The notes below the pieces were generated by a model, which saw only the letters and a list, made by a program, of their open reading frames with translations, did not search any database and was not told the origin of the DNA. Shown here piece after piece: positions 30,295-40,380 of a stretch of 64,000 bases of DNA. The stretch is from Chloroflexota bacterium (GTDB lineage: Bacteria > Chloroflexota > Dehalococcoidia > GIF9 > UBA5629). A program made the translations under genes and the position numbers. The stretch spans positions 367,406 to 431,405 of the forward strand of contig DAISKD010000001.1 of NCBI GenBank assembly GCA_036821185.1, in the 5' to 3' direction. Each line of letters starts with the position of its first letter. The first letter of the stretch is position 1.

Positions 30295-31292
30295 ATCTTT
30301 GTTCCCTCCCGTGCCTGACTAAAAACATAGGTAGCAGCACCCAATATCCCGGCATTGACAACGAAGCGTGCCCTTACAATACGCGCCCTATTACCTGGGA
30401 GGGCAAACGCCAGCGATTTTGCAACCCTACATGCTGGCTCAAGTAATAGATTGCCCATTTTGGCAAGCCCACCACCAATTACAACTACCTCAGGGTTAAA
30501 AACATTGATAATGTTTGCCAGCCCAATACCTAGGTAGTTGGCAGCATTGTCTATCACCCTTCGGGCTAAAACATCACCTTGTCTGGCAGCCGCCGATACT
30601 ACCGCTGCGGTCACTAGCTCCATTTTACCATCGGCAAGTCGGAGGATTGAACTCTCCTCGCCTTTCTTTAAAAACTCCACCGCATCCCTAGCAACTGCCC
30701 ATCCTGAAGCCAGAGACTCAAGACAGCCCAATCTCCCGCACTTACATGGTGGACCGTCGGCTTTTATAATCATATGCCCTATTTCGCCAGCAGAACCATT
30801 CGCACCCAAGTATAGACTCCCATCTATTACCATACCACCCCCTATACCTGTGCTGACCGTCAGGTAGATAAGGTTTCTAATTCGACTCCTAGCCCCGACG
30901 CCGAATTTGTATTCACCCAAGGCTGCAGCACTGGCATCGTTTATGAGATAGCATTTGACACCAAACTCACGAGCAATTATGTCCCGAAGATGAACGTGGG
31001 AAAAGCCCGGCAAGTTGGGCGATTCGGCGACAATTCCTTTGTTCATGTCAATGATACCAGCGCAGGCAACAACAATCCCCACCACTTCCGGTTTTGTCAG
31101 CTTCACCCTCGCGAGCGTTTCGCCGATGGCCAACAAAAGTCGCTCCATCACAGCTTTAGCCCCCTCACCACTTCTGGTCGGGTAAAGACGCCGTGACGCT
31201 ATTCCACCATCCGGATGAACCAGGGCAACATTCATCTTAGTACCGCCCAGGTCGACAGCCAGCGCCAGGCGTCGTTTGCTTATACCGGTCAC
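30291..31292 (-). CDS. ROK-family glucokinase
   Basis: N-terminal ATP motif LAVDLGGTKMNVAL and the ROK zinc motif CKCGRLGCLES. Overlaps its neighbours by 4 bp on both sides. Confidence 0.8.
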   Translation of the reverse strand: MTGISKRRLALAVDLGGTKMNVALVHPDGGIASRRLYPTRSGEGAKAVMERLLLAIGETLARVKLTKPEVVGIVVACAGIIDMNKGIVAESPNLPGFSHVHLRDIIAREFGVKCYLINDASAAALGEYKFGVGARSRIRNLIYLTVSTGIGGGMVIDGSLYLGANGSAGEIGHMIIKADGPPCKCGRLGCLESLASGWAVARDAVEFLKKGEESSILRLADGKMELVTAAVVSAAARQGDVLARRVIDNAANYLGIGLANIINVFNPEVVVIGGGLAKMGNLLLEPACRVAKSLAFALPGNRARIVRARFVVNAGILGAATYVFSQAREGTKI

Positions 31293-32704
31293 AGTCTCCC
31301 CTCCAGAGCCCGATGATACAAGTTTTCATATTTTTTCGCCGAGGCTTGCCAGGAGAAGTCTTGAGACATTATACGCTCCATCACCCCCCGCCAGGCACGC
31401 TTATTTTTGTAGGCATAAACTGCCCTTTCGATGGCAACCTTCATGGCCCTAGAGTCATATTCATAGAACACAAAGCCTGTGCCGCTGCTCAGGTCGACGC
31501 TAAGGTTCTCAACAGTTTCAGCAAGGCCCCCCGTATGACGGACGATGGGCACCGCACCATAACGCATGGCAATCAGCTGTCCCAGGCCACAAGGCTCGAA
31601 TCGGGAAGGCATGAGAAACACATCGCAACCACCGTATATCAGGCGGGCAAAACGTTCATCAAAAGCTATCACCACTACCAGACGATGCCGGTGTTTTTCC
31701 GCTGCCTGGCGGAGCATAGTGTGGTAATGTTCCTTCCCCTTGCCCAAGATCACCATCTGGATGGGGAGCTCTTCAAGTAGAGAAGGGAGGCCTTCCACCA
31801 CAAGATCCAAACCCTTCTGCTCATCAAGTCGGGAGACCATGCCTATTAACATGCTTTCGGCATCCTGGGGAAGCCCGGCTTCTTTCTGAACTGCGAACTT
31901 GTTGGCTATCCGTTTGTCAAGTGTATTAGCATCGTAATTGGCGGCCAGAAACTGGTCGGTCACTGGATCATACATCTCGACATCCAGTCCATTGACTATC
32001 CCAAACAACCTCTCTTTTCGAAATCGCAGCAATGCATCAAGGCCCTTACCATGCTCTGGCGTGAGTATCTCACGAGCATAAGTCTGGCTCACAGTAGTTA
32101 CCACATCAGCCCAGAGTATCCCCTGTCCCATAAAATTGAGCGGTGGCTGAGGCATCTCCGCAGGAAAGGAATACCAGAGTTGCGCCAGACCATACCGATT
32201 TAGGAAATCAACATCGAAAGCCCCCTGATAAGCCAGATTGTGAATGCTGAAAAAAGTCACATAGCTACTGCTACCTTTTTTAAGCCATAAGGGCACCAGT
32301 GCTGTATGCCAATCATGACAGTGGACTATATCAGGCTGCCACTCTATCTTGTATAATATCTCCGTGACCGCACGACAAAAGATTAAGAAACGCTGTAACT
32401 CACCCCTGCCATATGGTTCCTCCACTTTCTCAAACTCATCGCCCCGAACCAGGTAGACCTTAAGCCCGCTATCTAACATCTCCGCAGCAATTTGCCTTTT
32501 CAGTCTCCCAATATGAATATCAAACCTTTCGACCACGGGCAGCGTCTCCTTTCCATCAAGGCCAATCGAGCCATATCTCGGAATCATCACACGCACATCG
32601 TGGCCAAGCTGGACCAGGGTTTTGGGTAAAGAGCCGATGACATCAGCAAGGCCACCCACCTTGACCAATGGCGCCATCTCCGCGGCAACAAAAAGGATCT
32701 TCAC
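31289..32704 (-). CDS. glgA: Glycogen synthase (ADP-glucose type, GT5)
   Basis: N-terminal MKILFVAAEMAPLVKVGGLADV is the GlgA signature. 471 aa. Confidence 0.9.
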   Translation of the reverse strand: MKILFVAAEMAPLVKVGGLADVIGSLPKTLVQLGHDVRVMIPRYGSIGLDGKETLPVVERFDIHIGRLKRQIAAEMLDSGLKVYLVRGDEFEKVEEPYGRGELQRFLIFCRAVTEILYKIEWQPDIVHCHDWHTALVPLWLKKGSSSYVTFFSIHNLAYQGAFDVDFLNRYGLAQLWYSFPAEMPQPPLNFMGQGILWADVVTTVSQTYAREILTPEHGKGLDALLRFRKERLFGIVNGLDVEMYDPVTDQFLAANYDANTLDKRIANKFAVQKEAGLPQDAESMLIGMVSRLDEQKGLDLVVEGLPSLLEELPIQMVILGKGKEHYHTMLRQAAEKHRHRLVVVIAFDERFARLIYGGCDVFLMPSRFEPCGLGQLIAMRYGAVPIVRHTGGLAETVENLSVDLSSGTGFVFYEYDSRAMKVAIERAVYAYKNKRAWRGVMERIMSQDFSWQASAKKYENLYHRALEGRL

Positions 32705-34392
32705 TGCTCTCCCTCGCCCTCCCTGTCAGTAAAATAGCGGTAGTCTATATAGGGAAACACTTTGTCCGCCTCCCAGAAAGTGCGGCACAGCGAGAGGGCT
32801 GGACCGTCAACTATCCCTGATTCAGCGAGGTCAGCCAGCTGTTGAAACCTTTCCAGGTGCTGCAAAAAACGGTTCTCAGCATATAAACGAGCCTGACCGG
32901 TAGTCACCAAAAACTGCCAGTCGCTCGCTTGCAACAGGAGTAGCTCCCTCGCAGCCTGGTTCAACAGCTCCCTCATTCCTCCCTCAGCCTGCGGATATAT
33001 TGATACCAGCTTCTCCATCCTGAGCTCAGAAGTGTGAATAAGCCGCCACATCCATTCTGTATCGACGTTCTGCCAGGTAAAGTGGCCACCCCCTAAACCC
33101 CAAGAGCCTTCAGGTAAAGACAAGACATCCTTTGGGGGGTGGCGTTCCAGATATTCGCTAGCTGTGGTCATCTCAACCGTTTCACTCCGGCTTAGTTTAG
33201 ATAAGACCTGCTTTAGCCAGTCTACGCCCTCGAACCACCAGTGACCGAACAGTTCTGCATCATAAGCAGCAGCGATTATGCCAAATTCCCCTGTTGTCTG
33301 GTAGAAGTCGAGAAGCAACTGCTCCACAAGCCCGACAAAATGGGTGCTGTGCTCATCGATCCGCCTTAAAGCTTGGTAGGGGTCATACAGCTCCTTGTAA
33401 GCCAAATCCAATTTCGCACCAGTTACCTTCCAATAATGAAGCCCCGAAATGCCGTCTCTCTTATGGAACTCACGGTAGTTGAAGTCCCCGGGGTATCCCC
33501 AGTCCGCAGACCACACCTGCATACTGGTCTGATTGTTCCGGCCGATAACAGCCACATCAGCGGTCTGTACCCAGTATGGCAGATACGTAGTCCTTATTAC
33601 AGGTTCGACATAGCCCTCTACTGGCACTACATAGCGCCTGGGGATATTTCTATAAGGCCCGATAACTTCCTCTCTGGCTTTTCCCACAGGCTGCCCACCC
33701 TCAACCATATGCGTCTCGGCAAAAAAACACTTTATGCCAAGTTCACTAAGAAAGGTCTCCAATCCCGGCTTGATATATCGCTGCCCACACCTTTCAGCAT
33801 AATAAGCTGGACGGTAACCACACTCGGGCAACCAGATTGAGGAGAGAGATTTACCAAAATAGTAGCTGTAACTCGCCTTGCCTGCCTGCAACTGAGCATA
33901 GATCGAAGAGTCCCGCTCCAGCAAGGGTAAATAGGCATGGGTAGCCGCACTGCCAGCTATTTCTATATAGCCTTCGTCTTGCAATTGTTTGAACGCTCCA
34001 ACCAGGTCACGGTTAAACCTCTCGTTAAAACTCACCAAGACCGCTGAGTAGCGGTCAAGATAAAATTTAGCCAGATACAAAAGGTGCCCTTCATCAGCAT
34101 CTTCAAAGCGCTTCACGTCGCCACGAGCGCGTTCTATCTTTTCCTCCAGAAATTCTGCGAGGTTATGCAATACCAGCGGATCAGCGAGCTGCTCCAGTAG
34201 GACAGGCGTAAGCCCGAGAGTTAAGCGAAAGGGACAGCCTTCCAGCTTCAAATCATAAAGTGCATTAAGCAGGGGAATATAGGTCTCGGAGGCAGCTTCA
34301 TGAAGCCACTCCTCACCATGGGGCCAACGGCCGGCATTGCGGCAATAAGGCAGGTGACTGTGCAGAACGAAGGTAAAGGCTCCGGTCTTCAC
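32701..34392 (-). CDS. GH57-family 1,4-alpha-glucan branching enzyme
   Basis: N-terminal FTFVLHSHLPYCRNAGRWPHGEEWLHEAASETYIPLL closely resembles the Thermus/Thermococcus GH57 branching-enzyme N-terminus. 563 aa with a DUF1957-like C-terminal region. Confidence 0.75.
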   Translation of the reverse strand: MKTGAFTFVLHSHLPYCRNAGRWPHGEEWLHEAASETYIPLLNALYDLKLEGCPFRLTLGLTPVLLEQLADPLVLHNLAEFLEEKIERARGDVKRFEDADEGHLLYLAKFYLDRYSAVLVSFNERFNRDLVGAFKQLQDEGYIEIAGSAATHAYLPLLERDSSIYAQLQAGKASYSYYFGKSLSSIWLPECGYRPAYYAERCGQRYIKPGLETFLSELGIKCFFAETHMVEGGQPVGKAREEVIGPYRNIPRRYVVPVEGYVEPVIRTTYLPYWVQTADVAVIGRNNQTSMQVWSADWGYPGDFNYREFHKRDGISGLHYWKVTGAKLDLAYKELYDPYQALRRIDEHSTHFVGLVEQLLLDFYQTTGEFGIIAAAYDAELFGHWWFEGVDWLKQVLSKLSRSETVEMTTASEYLERHPPKDVLSLPEGSWGLGGGHFTWQNVDTEWMWRLIHTSELRMEKLVSIYPQAEGGMRELLNQAARELLLLQASDWQFLVTTGQARLYAENRFLQHLERFQQLADLAESGIVDGPALSLCRTFWEADKVFPYIDYRYFTDREGEGEQ

Positions 34393-35687
34393 CGCTCTTC
34401 CGCCAGAATTTTCACGCTATGGCGTTTTGAAGGCTTGCCGCTTACACTTTCGCCGCTGGGAACAAACTTCGAGACGAAATCGCTATCCTGAACCCAGCAC
34501 CCAATTTTACAGTTACGCCCTATCTTGATGTCCGCCGGTATCCTGGTACCTTTACCCACAAGCGTTATCCCACAATTGAGATTTTTGGGCTCATCTTTGC
34601 TCGGAGTCATATCATCACCAAAGCCAAGGTGGCTGCCTGGTCCCACCCAGACCTGCTTATCGATAATGCAACGATCCACTATTGCCCCCTTCGCCACCGT
34701 AGAACCATCAAAGACGATCGAGTCCCTTACTACGGCATCCTCCTGAACGAATACGTCTGGAAAAATGACTGAGTTTTCCACCAACCCATTGATAATAGCG
34801 CCGTTGGCAATAAGACTGCGTCTTATCTCCGCCTTTGGACCAACTTTCACTGGTGGCCTGTCAAGCTGTATCGTCCTTATCTTCGCTGAAGCATCATAAA
34901 GGTTCAACTCCGGCAGGTCCACTATCAGATCCATGTTTGCCCGCCAGTAAGCCTCTATCGTACCAACGTCCCGCCAGTACCCCCTGAACCTGTAACCATA
35001 GACTTTGAACTTGCCGATAACCTCGGGAATAATATCACTACCGAAATCGTGACCGCCTTTCTCGCCATACTCTTCCAGACAGCGAATCAAGACTTCCTTA
35101 TCAAACACATATACACCCATCGAAACCAAGTTGCTTACAGGTTCCTTTGGCTTCTCTTTGAAGGCGACCACCCTTTCGTTATGGTCTAAAACCACAACGC
35201 CAAATCTTGAGACCTCAGACAAAGGCACCTCGGTAATAGCTATGGTCACCTCCGCATCTCTTGTTCGGTGGGCATGTATCATATAGTCATATCGCATCGA
35301 ATAGACATGGTCACCAGCTAGAATCAGCACCTCGTCAACCTTTTGCCTCTCAATGAAATCAAGGTTCTGGTAGATGGCATCAGCAGTGCCTTTATACCAG
35401 TCGCGAGCCGAACGGCTCAAAAAGGGCTGTAGTATGACCACACCACCGCTCGTCCTGTCCAGGTCCCACGGTCGCCCTACGCCGATATGTTGAGCTAGAG
35501 AACGGGGGTTGAATTGGGTAAGCACAGCCACATTGTAGATGCCTGAGTTGGCGCAATTGCTTAAGGTGAAATCGATTATCCTGTATTTACCGCCAAAAGG
35601 GACAGCGGGCTTTGCCCTTTCTTCTGCCAGTACACTCAAGCGCTCACTGGCACCACCAGCCAGTATCATTGCTAGAACCCGCTCCAT
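34389..35687 (-). CDS. glgC: Glucose-1-phosphate adenylyltransferase
   Basis: [50 protein letters not shown] matches the GlgC N-terminus; a left-handed beta-helix C-terminus follows. I chose the ATG at 35687, which has a GGGG Shine-Dalgarno sequence upstream, over the longer ORF that starts at 35762. Confidence 0.88.
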   Translation of the reverse strand: MERVLAMILAGGASERLSVLAEERAKPAVPFGGKYRIIDFTLSNCANSGIYNVAVLTQFNPRSLAQHIGVGRPWDLDRTSGGVVILQPFLSRSARDWYKGTADAIYQNLDFIERQKVDEVLILAGDHVYSMRYDYMIHAHRTRDAEVTIAITEVPLSEVSRFGVVVLDHNERVVAFKEKPKEPVSNLVSMGVYVFDKEVLIRCLEEYGEKGGHDFGSDIIPEVIGKFKVYGYRFRGYWRDVGTIEAYWRANMDLIVDLPELNLYDASAKIRTIQLDRPPVKVGPKAEIRRSLIANGAIINGLVENSVIFPDVFVQEDAVVRDSIVFDGSTVAKGAIVDRCIIDKQVWVGPGSHLGFGDDMTPSKDEPKNLNCGITLVGKGTRIPADIKIGRNCKIGCWVQDSDFVSKFVPSGESVSGKPSKRHSVKILAEER

Positions 35688-35772
35688 CGCTATTCCCCGT
35701 CTGTATTTTAACCAAAACCACAGCTGCTGTCCAAAGCATAAACAAGAGTACAATAACTTCAAGCAACACTTT

Positions 35773-36885
35773 TCACAGTTCCGTTAGAAGAAGCTCCAGT
35801 GCCAGATCCCCCTCATATCTCCCACTTTTCATGGCAACATCAGTCTCAAGCAGCTTCTCGAAAACGCCCTTTACCCGTTCAAAGGAGTATTGCCTAGCCT
35901 GCTCCAGCGCCTTTTTTAGACTGTACTCCGATACGTTTTCCGCCCGGCTCCTGACTTCACCATTGAATTTCGCTTCTTTTAGCTCCTTGGCTAGGACAAC
36001 CAAACGCAACTGACGGGCAAGCATGGTCAGAATGTATGACGGAGAAACCCCTTCACGCAAAAGCTTCCACAACATTACCTGTGCCTGCCTTTTCTCTCCT
36101 TCAAGTACAGCATCCACCAAGCTGAATATGCTGACCTCCCGGGCAAAGCTTGATACCTGTCTGACATCGTCTTCGGTTATCTGGCGCCCCTGCGCGAACG
36201 AGAGTAACTTGTCTACCTCGCTACTCATCACCCACAAATCATAGCCCACAAGCTCAATAAGCAAGTCAACCGCCTTCTGGGAGATTGCACTGCCTTCTTC
36301 TCTCACCCGTGAATATATCCAGCGGCTCACCTGGCTTCGCCCGGGTTGAGGAAAAGCCCTAACCTCGCCTAGCGGTGAAAGTAGCTTCAACAGCCGGTTG
36401 TCACGCCCTATATCACCACCGTCCACCAAGATGAGAATAGTGGTGGACGGCATTTCTCTCACATAGCTTGCCAACTTCTCCCATTCACCCAAACCGGCAT
36501 TGGCTTTCTTTGAAGGACGCCGCTTTTCCCGCCCCCACCCCTGCATCTCCTCAAAAAGACCTAACAGTCCCTTAACGATCACGATCCTTACCGGCGAGAG
36601 AAAAGGCGCTGCGCTACAAGCCCCTACCAGCTCGGAAAAGCTTAGCTGCTGAGCCTCAAATACTGACACATTTGCCGCGAGCGTGTCAGAAGGGCTTTTC
36701 CCCTTCTTTAAGGACTCAAGCGCCTGAGAAAGGAGAAAATCGTCCTTCCCGTAGAGAATATACAGCACTCTGTCTAATATTGTATACCACTCGCCATCCT
36801 CTTTACACCAAGTAGCGAATCTCAAGCTAGCATGCCCTTGATTTTGCCACCGCCCCCATATATACTCAAAGAGCCAATGCCTCAC
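35773..36885 (-). CDS. holA: DNA polymerase III delta subunit
   Basis: [20 protein letters not shown] is the typical HolA N-terminus, followed by a clamp-loader delta fold; a C-terminal ELLLTEL-type ending closes it. The true start is probably internal to the 370-aa ORF, because the first ~35 aa look non-homologous. Confidence 0.65.
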   Translation of the reverse strand: MRHWLFEYIWGRWQNQGHASLRFATWCKEDGEWYTILDRVLYILYGKDDFLLSQALESLKKGKSPSDTLAANVSVFEAQQLSFSELVGACSAAPFLSPVRIVIVKGLLGLFEEMQGWGREKRRPSKKANAGLGEWEKLASYVREMPSTTILILVDGGDIGRDNRLLKLLSPLGEVRAFPQPGRSQVSRWIYSRVREEGSAISQKAVDLLIELVGYDLWVMSSEVDKLLSFAQGRQITEDDVRQVSSFAREVSIFSLVDAVLEGEKRQAQVMLWKLLREGVSPSYILTMLARQLRLVVLAKELKEAKFNGEVRSRAENVSEYSLKKALEQARQYSFERVKGVFEKLLETDVAMKSGRYEGDLALELLLTEL

Positions 36886-36945
36886 GGGCGCGGGGTAAGA
36901 GCCCTCACTCTATACTGGCTTATTCTTACTTGAAGGAGGCTAGAA

Positions 36946-37209
36946 ATGGGTTATCATTTTGATAATGACGAATCCACACTGGCTGAGGGACAAGAACTCG
37001 ACCTAGCCCTGCTCCGCGAAGACCTCATCGGGGAGCTACAAGCCATAAATCAATACGAGGAACACATAGCAGCCCTTGAAGACGAAGAGGCAATAAAGGT
37101 TTTAGAGCACATACGGGATGACGAAAAAGAGCACGTTGCTGAACTCACCAAATTGATTCAAAAACTTGACCCGATTCAGGCGAAAAAATTTGATAAGGGG
37201 ACTCTGTAA
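36946..37209 (+). CDS. Small ferritin-like protein of the encapsulated-ferritin (EncFtn/Flp) type, with no adjacent encapsulin
   Basis: 87 aa, two-helix half-ferritin with ExxH-type ligand motifs (INQYEEHIAALEDEEAIKVLEHIRDDEKEHVAELTKLI). This resembles the EncFtn metal-site pattern. The flanking genes are holA and purD, so there is no shell gene next to it. Confidence 0.5.
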   Translation: MGYHFDNDESTLAEGQELDLALLREDLIGELQAINQYEEHIAALEDEEAIKVLEHIRDDEKEHVAELTKLIQKLDPIQAKKFDKGTL

Positions 37210-37252
37210 AGTCTGAGCCCAAAAGTTTAAGCATTGGAGACAGGCTGCTTAC

Positions 37253-38518
37253 ATGAGGGTGCTTGTTATCGGAAGCGGGGCAAGGGAACACGCTCTGGCC
37301 TGGAAAATAGCCCAGAGTCCCCACGTCAGGGAGATCTACATAGCACCAGGTAATGCTGGTACCTCCTCGATTGGTCGCAATATACCGGCAGATCTCGGCG
37401 ATATTGATTCCCTAGCCAGGGCTGCCCTAGACCTCAAAATTGACCTGGCCGTCGTTGGCCCTGAAGGCCCTCTAGCCTTGGGCATCGTAGATCGATTCGA
37501 ACGACAGGGGATTCCCATATTCGGACCTACCCAGAATGCTGCTCGAATAGAAACAAGCAAAGTTTATGCCAAACACCTGATGCAAAAATATTCCATACCT
37601 TGCGCCAGAGGAGCCGCCTTCCCAAACTATTCTGACGCCATGAAATATATTCTGGATCACCGATTACCGGTGGTTATAAAGGCGGACGGTTTGGCTGCCG
37701 GCAAAGGGGTGACGGTAGCTTTCACCAAAGAGGAGGCTATTTCAGCCCTGACGGATATTATGGAGAAAAAAATTTTCAGCTCCGCTGGTAACAGCGTCGT
37801 CATTGAGGAATGGCTTGCTGGCAGAGAAGTCAGCTTGCTAGCCTTCTCAGACGGCAAGACCGTCATCCCCATGGTTCCAGCGTGTGATTACAAGAGGGCA
37901 TTCGATAACGATGAAGGTCCAAACACCGGCGGTATGGGGAGCTATAGCCCGCCCAGTTTCTTTGATGCAAAGCTAATGGGCGAGACCGTAGAGAAGATAC
38001 TTAAGTCTGCGATTAAAGCAATGGATGCAGATGGTAGCCCTTATAAAGGAGTCCTTTACGCCGGACTCATGGTTACTGCCGATGGCCCTAAAGTGCTAGA
38101 ATTCAATGCTAGGTTTGGTGACCCGGAAACACAGGTAATCCTACCACGCCTCAAGACAGACTTGGTAGATATCCTCCTTGCTGTGCTGAACTCTGAGCTC
38201 AATAAGCTGACAATCGAGTGGTCTCCAGATGCCTGTGTGGGAGTAGTGATCGCATCGCAAGGCTATCCTGGGAGCTACAGGACAGGCTTCCCTATCATTG
38301 GCCTTGACAACATGGACAGAAATATCCTAACATTCCATGCTGGTACCAGGCTTGGTGAGGATGGGAAAGTCTATACCGCTGGTGGCAGGGTGCTTACAAT
38401 CGCAGCAACTGGCAAAACAATAGTTGACGCCAGAAATAAGGTTTATGAAAACCTGCCGCGTGTCAAATTTGAAGGATGTTACTATAGAAAAGATATTGCT
38501 CTTAGTGAGGTCAAATAA
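37253..38518 (+). CDS. purD: Phosphoribosylamine-glycine ligase
   Basis: MRVLVIGSGAREHALAWK N-terminus with an ATP-grasp core. 421 aa. Confidence 0.95.
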   Translation: MRVLVIGSGAREHALAWKIAQSPHVREIYIAPGNAGTSSIGRNIPADLGDIDSLARAALDLKIDLAVVGPEGPLALGIVDRFERQGIPIFGPTQNAARIETSKVYAKHLMQKYSIPCARGAAFPNYSDAMKYILDHRLPVVIKADGLAAGKGVTVAFTKEEAISALTDIMEKKIFSSAGNSVVIEEWLAGREVSLLAFSDGKTVIPMVPACDYKRAFDNDEGPNTGGMGSYSPPSFFDAKLMGETVEKILKSAIKAMDADGSPYKGVLYAGLMVTADGPKVLEFNARFGDPETQVILPRLKTDLVDILLAVLNSELNKLTIEWSPDACVGVVIASQGYPGSYRTGFPIIGLDNMDRNILTFHAGTRLGEDGKVYTAGGRVLTIAATGKTIVDARNKVYENLPRVKFEGCYYRKDIALSEVK

Positions 38519-38980
38519 ATGCCCAAAGTAAGTGTAATTATCGGCAGCAAGAATGATCAGCCTATCATCCAACCGGCCTTGGACATGCTCCAACAGCTTG
38601 GTATTGACTATGAATTTCTGGTAATGTCAGCCCACCGCAACCCAAATAAGGTCCGAGAATATGCATCCCAAGCCAGAGATAACGGTATCGAAGTCATCAT
38701 TGCCGCTGCTGGACTAGCTGCCCACCTGCCTGGCGTCATCGCCAGCCTCACCACCATACCGGTAATCGGTGTGCCATTACCTGCAAGCGACCTTAAAGGA
38801 GTGGATTCCCTTCTTTCCATCGTGCAAATGCCCACCGGGGTGCCTGTTGCCTGCATGGGCATCGGCAGCACCGGCGCAAGGAATGCAGCATTGCTAGCAG
38901 CACAGATACTTGCCCTCAAATACCCGAAGATAAGGGAGGCTTTTGAAGAATACAGGAAAAAACTCAGTGAAACAACTTAG
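38519..38980 (+). CDS. purE: N5-carboxyaminoimidazole ribonucleotide mutase / AIR carboxylase catalytic subunit
   Basis: VSVIIGSKNDQP...VMSAHRNP...IIAAAGLAAHLPGV are PurE signatures. No purK is adjacent. Confidence 0.9.
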   Translation: MPKVSVIIGSKNDQPIIQPALDMLQQLGIDYEFLVMSAHRNPNKVREYASQARDNGIEVIIAAAGLAAHLPGVIASLTTIPVIGVPLPASDLKGVDSLLSIVQMPTGVPVACMGIGSTGARNAALLAAQILALKYPKIREAFEEYRKKLSETT

Positions 38981-39017
38981 ATACCTGTTTCTTAAACAGT
39001 AGCATAAAAAGAGTGCC

Positions 39018-40364
39018 ATGATAGAGCGTTACTCCCGCCCAGAAATGAAAAAAGTCTGGTCTGAAGAAAACAAGTTCGATAAATGGCTTCAGGTGGAAAT
39101 AGCCGTTTGCGAAGCCTGGGCAGAGATCGGGATCATACCCAAAGAAGCCATCCCAAAAATCAGGACTGCAACCTACAAGCTGGAAAGAATCGGTGAAATC
39201 CTTAAAGTCACCCACCACGACGTGACCGCTTTTCTCCAAGCCGTTAGCGAAAGTCTTGGGGAAGAATCTCGGTTTATTCATCTCGGGTTAACGTCTTCAG
39301 ACATAATAGACACAGCGCTTAACTTGCAATTGAGGGAAGCAACAAAGTTACTAGCAGACGATATCACAAAGTTGATCGCGGTGCTAGAAGACAAAGCCAT
39401 CGAACATAAGACAACGCTGATGATAGGAAGAACACACGGCGTCCATGCCGAGCCGATAACTTTCGGCCTCAAACTTGCTCTGTGGGCGCAGGAGATGAAA
39501 CGCAACTACCGTCGCCTAGTAGAAGCAGAAAAGATGATAAGCGTGGGTAAGATTTCCGGTGCCGTGGGCACCTATGCCACAGTCCCACCAGAGGTTGAGG
39601 AAATAGCCTGCGTCAAGCTGGGCCTAACCCCCGCTCCGATTTCCAACCAGATCGTTCAGCGTGATCGATATGCCCAATTCGTCACCACGCTTGCCATCAT
39701 CGCCAGCTCACTGGAAAAGTTCGCTACCGAAATCAGGAGTCTACAACGGACCGAAGTGCTCGAGGCAGAAGAGCCCTTCGCCCCAGGGCAAACAGGCTCG
39801 TCAGCCATGCCCCACAAACGCAATCCAGAACTCTGCGAGCGCATCTGTGGACTGGCACGTTTGGTCAGGGGTTATGCCATTACCTCTCTAGAAAACATCG
39901 CACTATGGCACGAGCGCGATATCAGCCACTCTTCCAACGAACGCATAATCCTGCCTGATTCCTGTCTCGTGGTGGACTATATCCTCAATATTTTTACTTC
40001 AATAGTGCACGGGCTGCAGGTATATCCAGAAAATATGCGCCGCAATCTGGAACTGACCCAGGGCCTCGTCTTCTCACAGCGCGTTCTGCTAGCACTGATA
40101 GATAAAGGCTTGAGCCGACAGCAGGCCTACCAAATAGTGCAACGAAATGCCATGAAGGCATGGAAGCAACGGACCAGCTTTCTTGGTCTACTTAAATCTG
40201 ATACGGAGGTGACAGGACATCTTTCTACAGACGAGCTGGAGGCTCTCTTTGACTACAGCTACTTTGTGAAACATGTCGACACTATATTTAAGCGTTTAGG
40301 TTTGACTGAAAAGAGACAGGCTATAGATACACCGAGCGAAGAACTGGCACCCAGAGCGCTTTAA
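39018..40364 (+). CDS. purB: Adenylosuccinate lyase
   Basis: Fumarate-lyase signature GSSAMPHKRNP. 448 aa. Confidence 0.93.
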   Translation: MIERYSRPEMKKVWSEENKFDKWLQVEIAVCEAWAEIGIIPKEAIPKIRTATYKLERIGEILKVTHHDVTAFLQAVSESLGEESRFIHLGLTSSDIIDTALNLQLREATKLLADDITKLIAVLEDKAIEHKTTLMIGRTHGVHAEPITFGLKLALWAQEMKRNYRRLVEAEKMISVGKISGAVGTYATVPPEVEEIACVKLGLTPAPISNQIVQRDRYAQFVTTLAIIASSLEKFATEIRSLQRTEVLEAEEPFAPGQTGSSAMPHKRNPELCERICGLARLVRGYAITSLENIALWHERDISHSSNERIILPDSCLVVDYILNIFTSIVHGLQVYPENMRRNLELTQGLVFSQRVLLALIDKGLSRQQAYQIVQRNAMKAWKQRTSFLGLLKSDTEVTGHLSTDELEALFDYSYFVKHVDTIFKRLGLTEKRQAIDTPSEELAPRAL

Positions 40365-40380
40365 AAGGAGAAAAGCAAAT

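Noticed and set aside
36946-37209. An encapsulin nanocompartment operon
   Set aside because: Only the putative cargo-like half-ferritin is present. No HK97-fold shell gene occurs anywhere in the window, so it is reported as an orphan and not as a compartment system.
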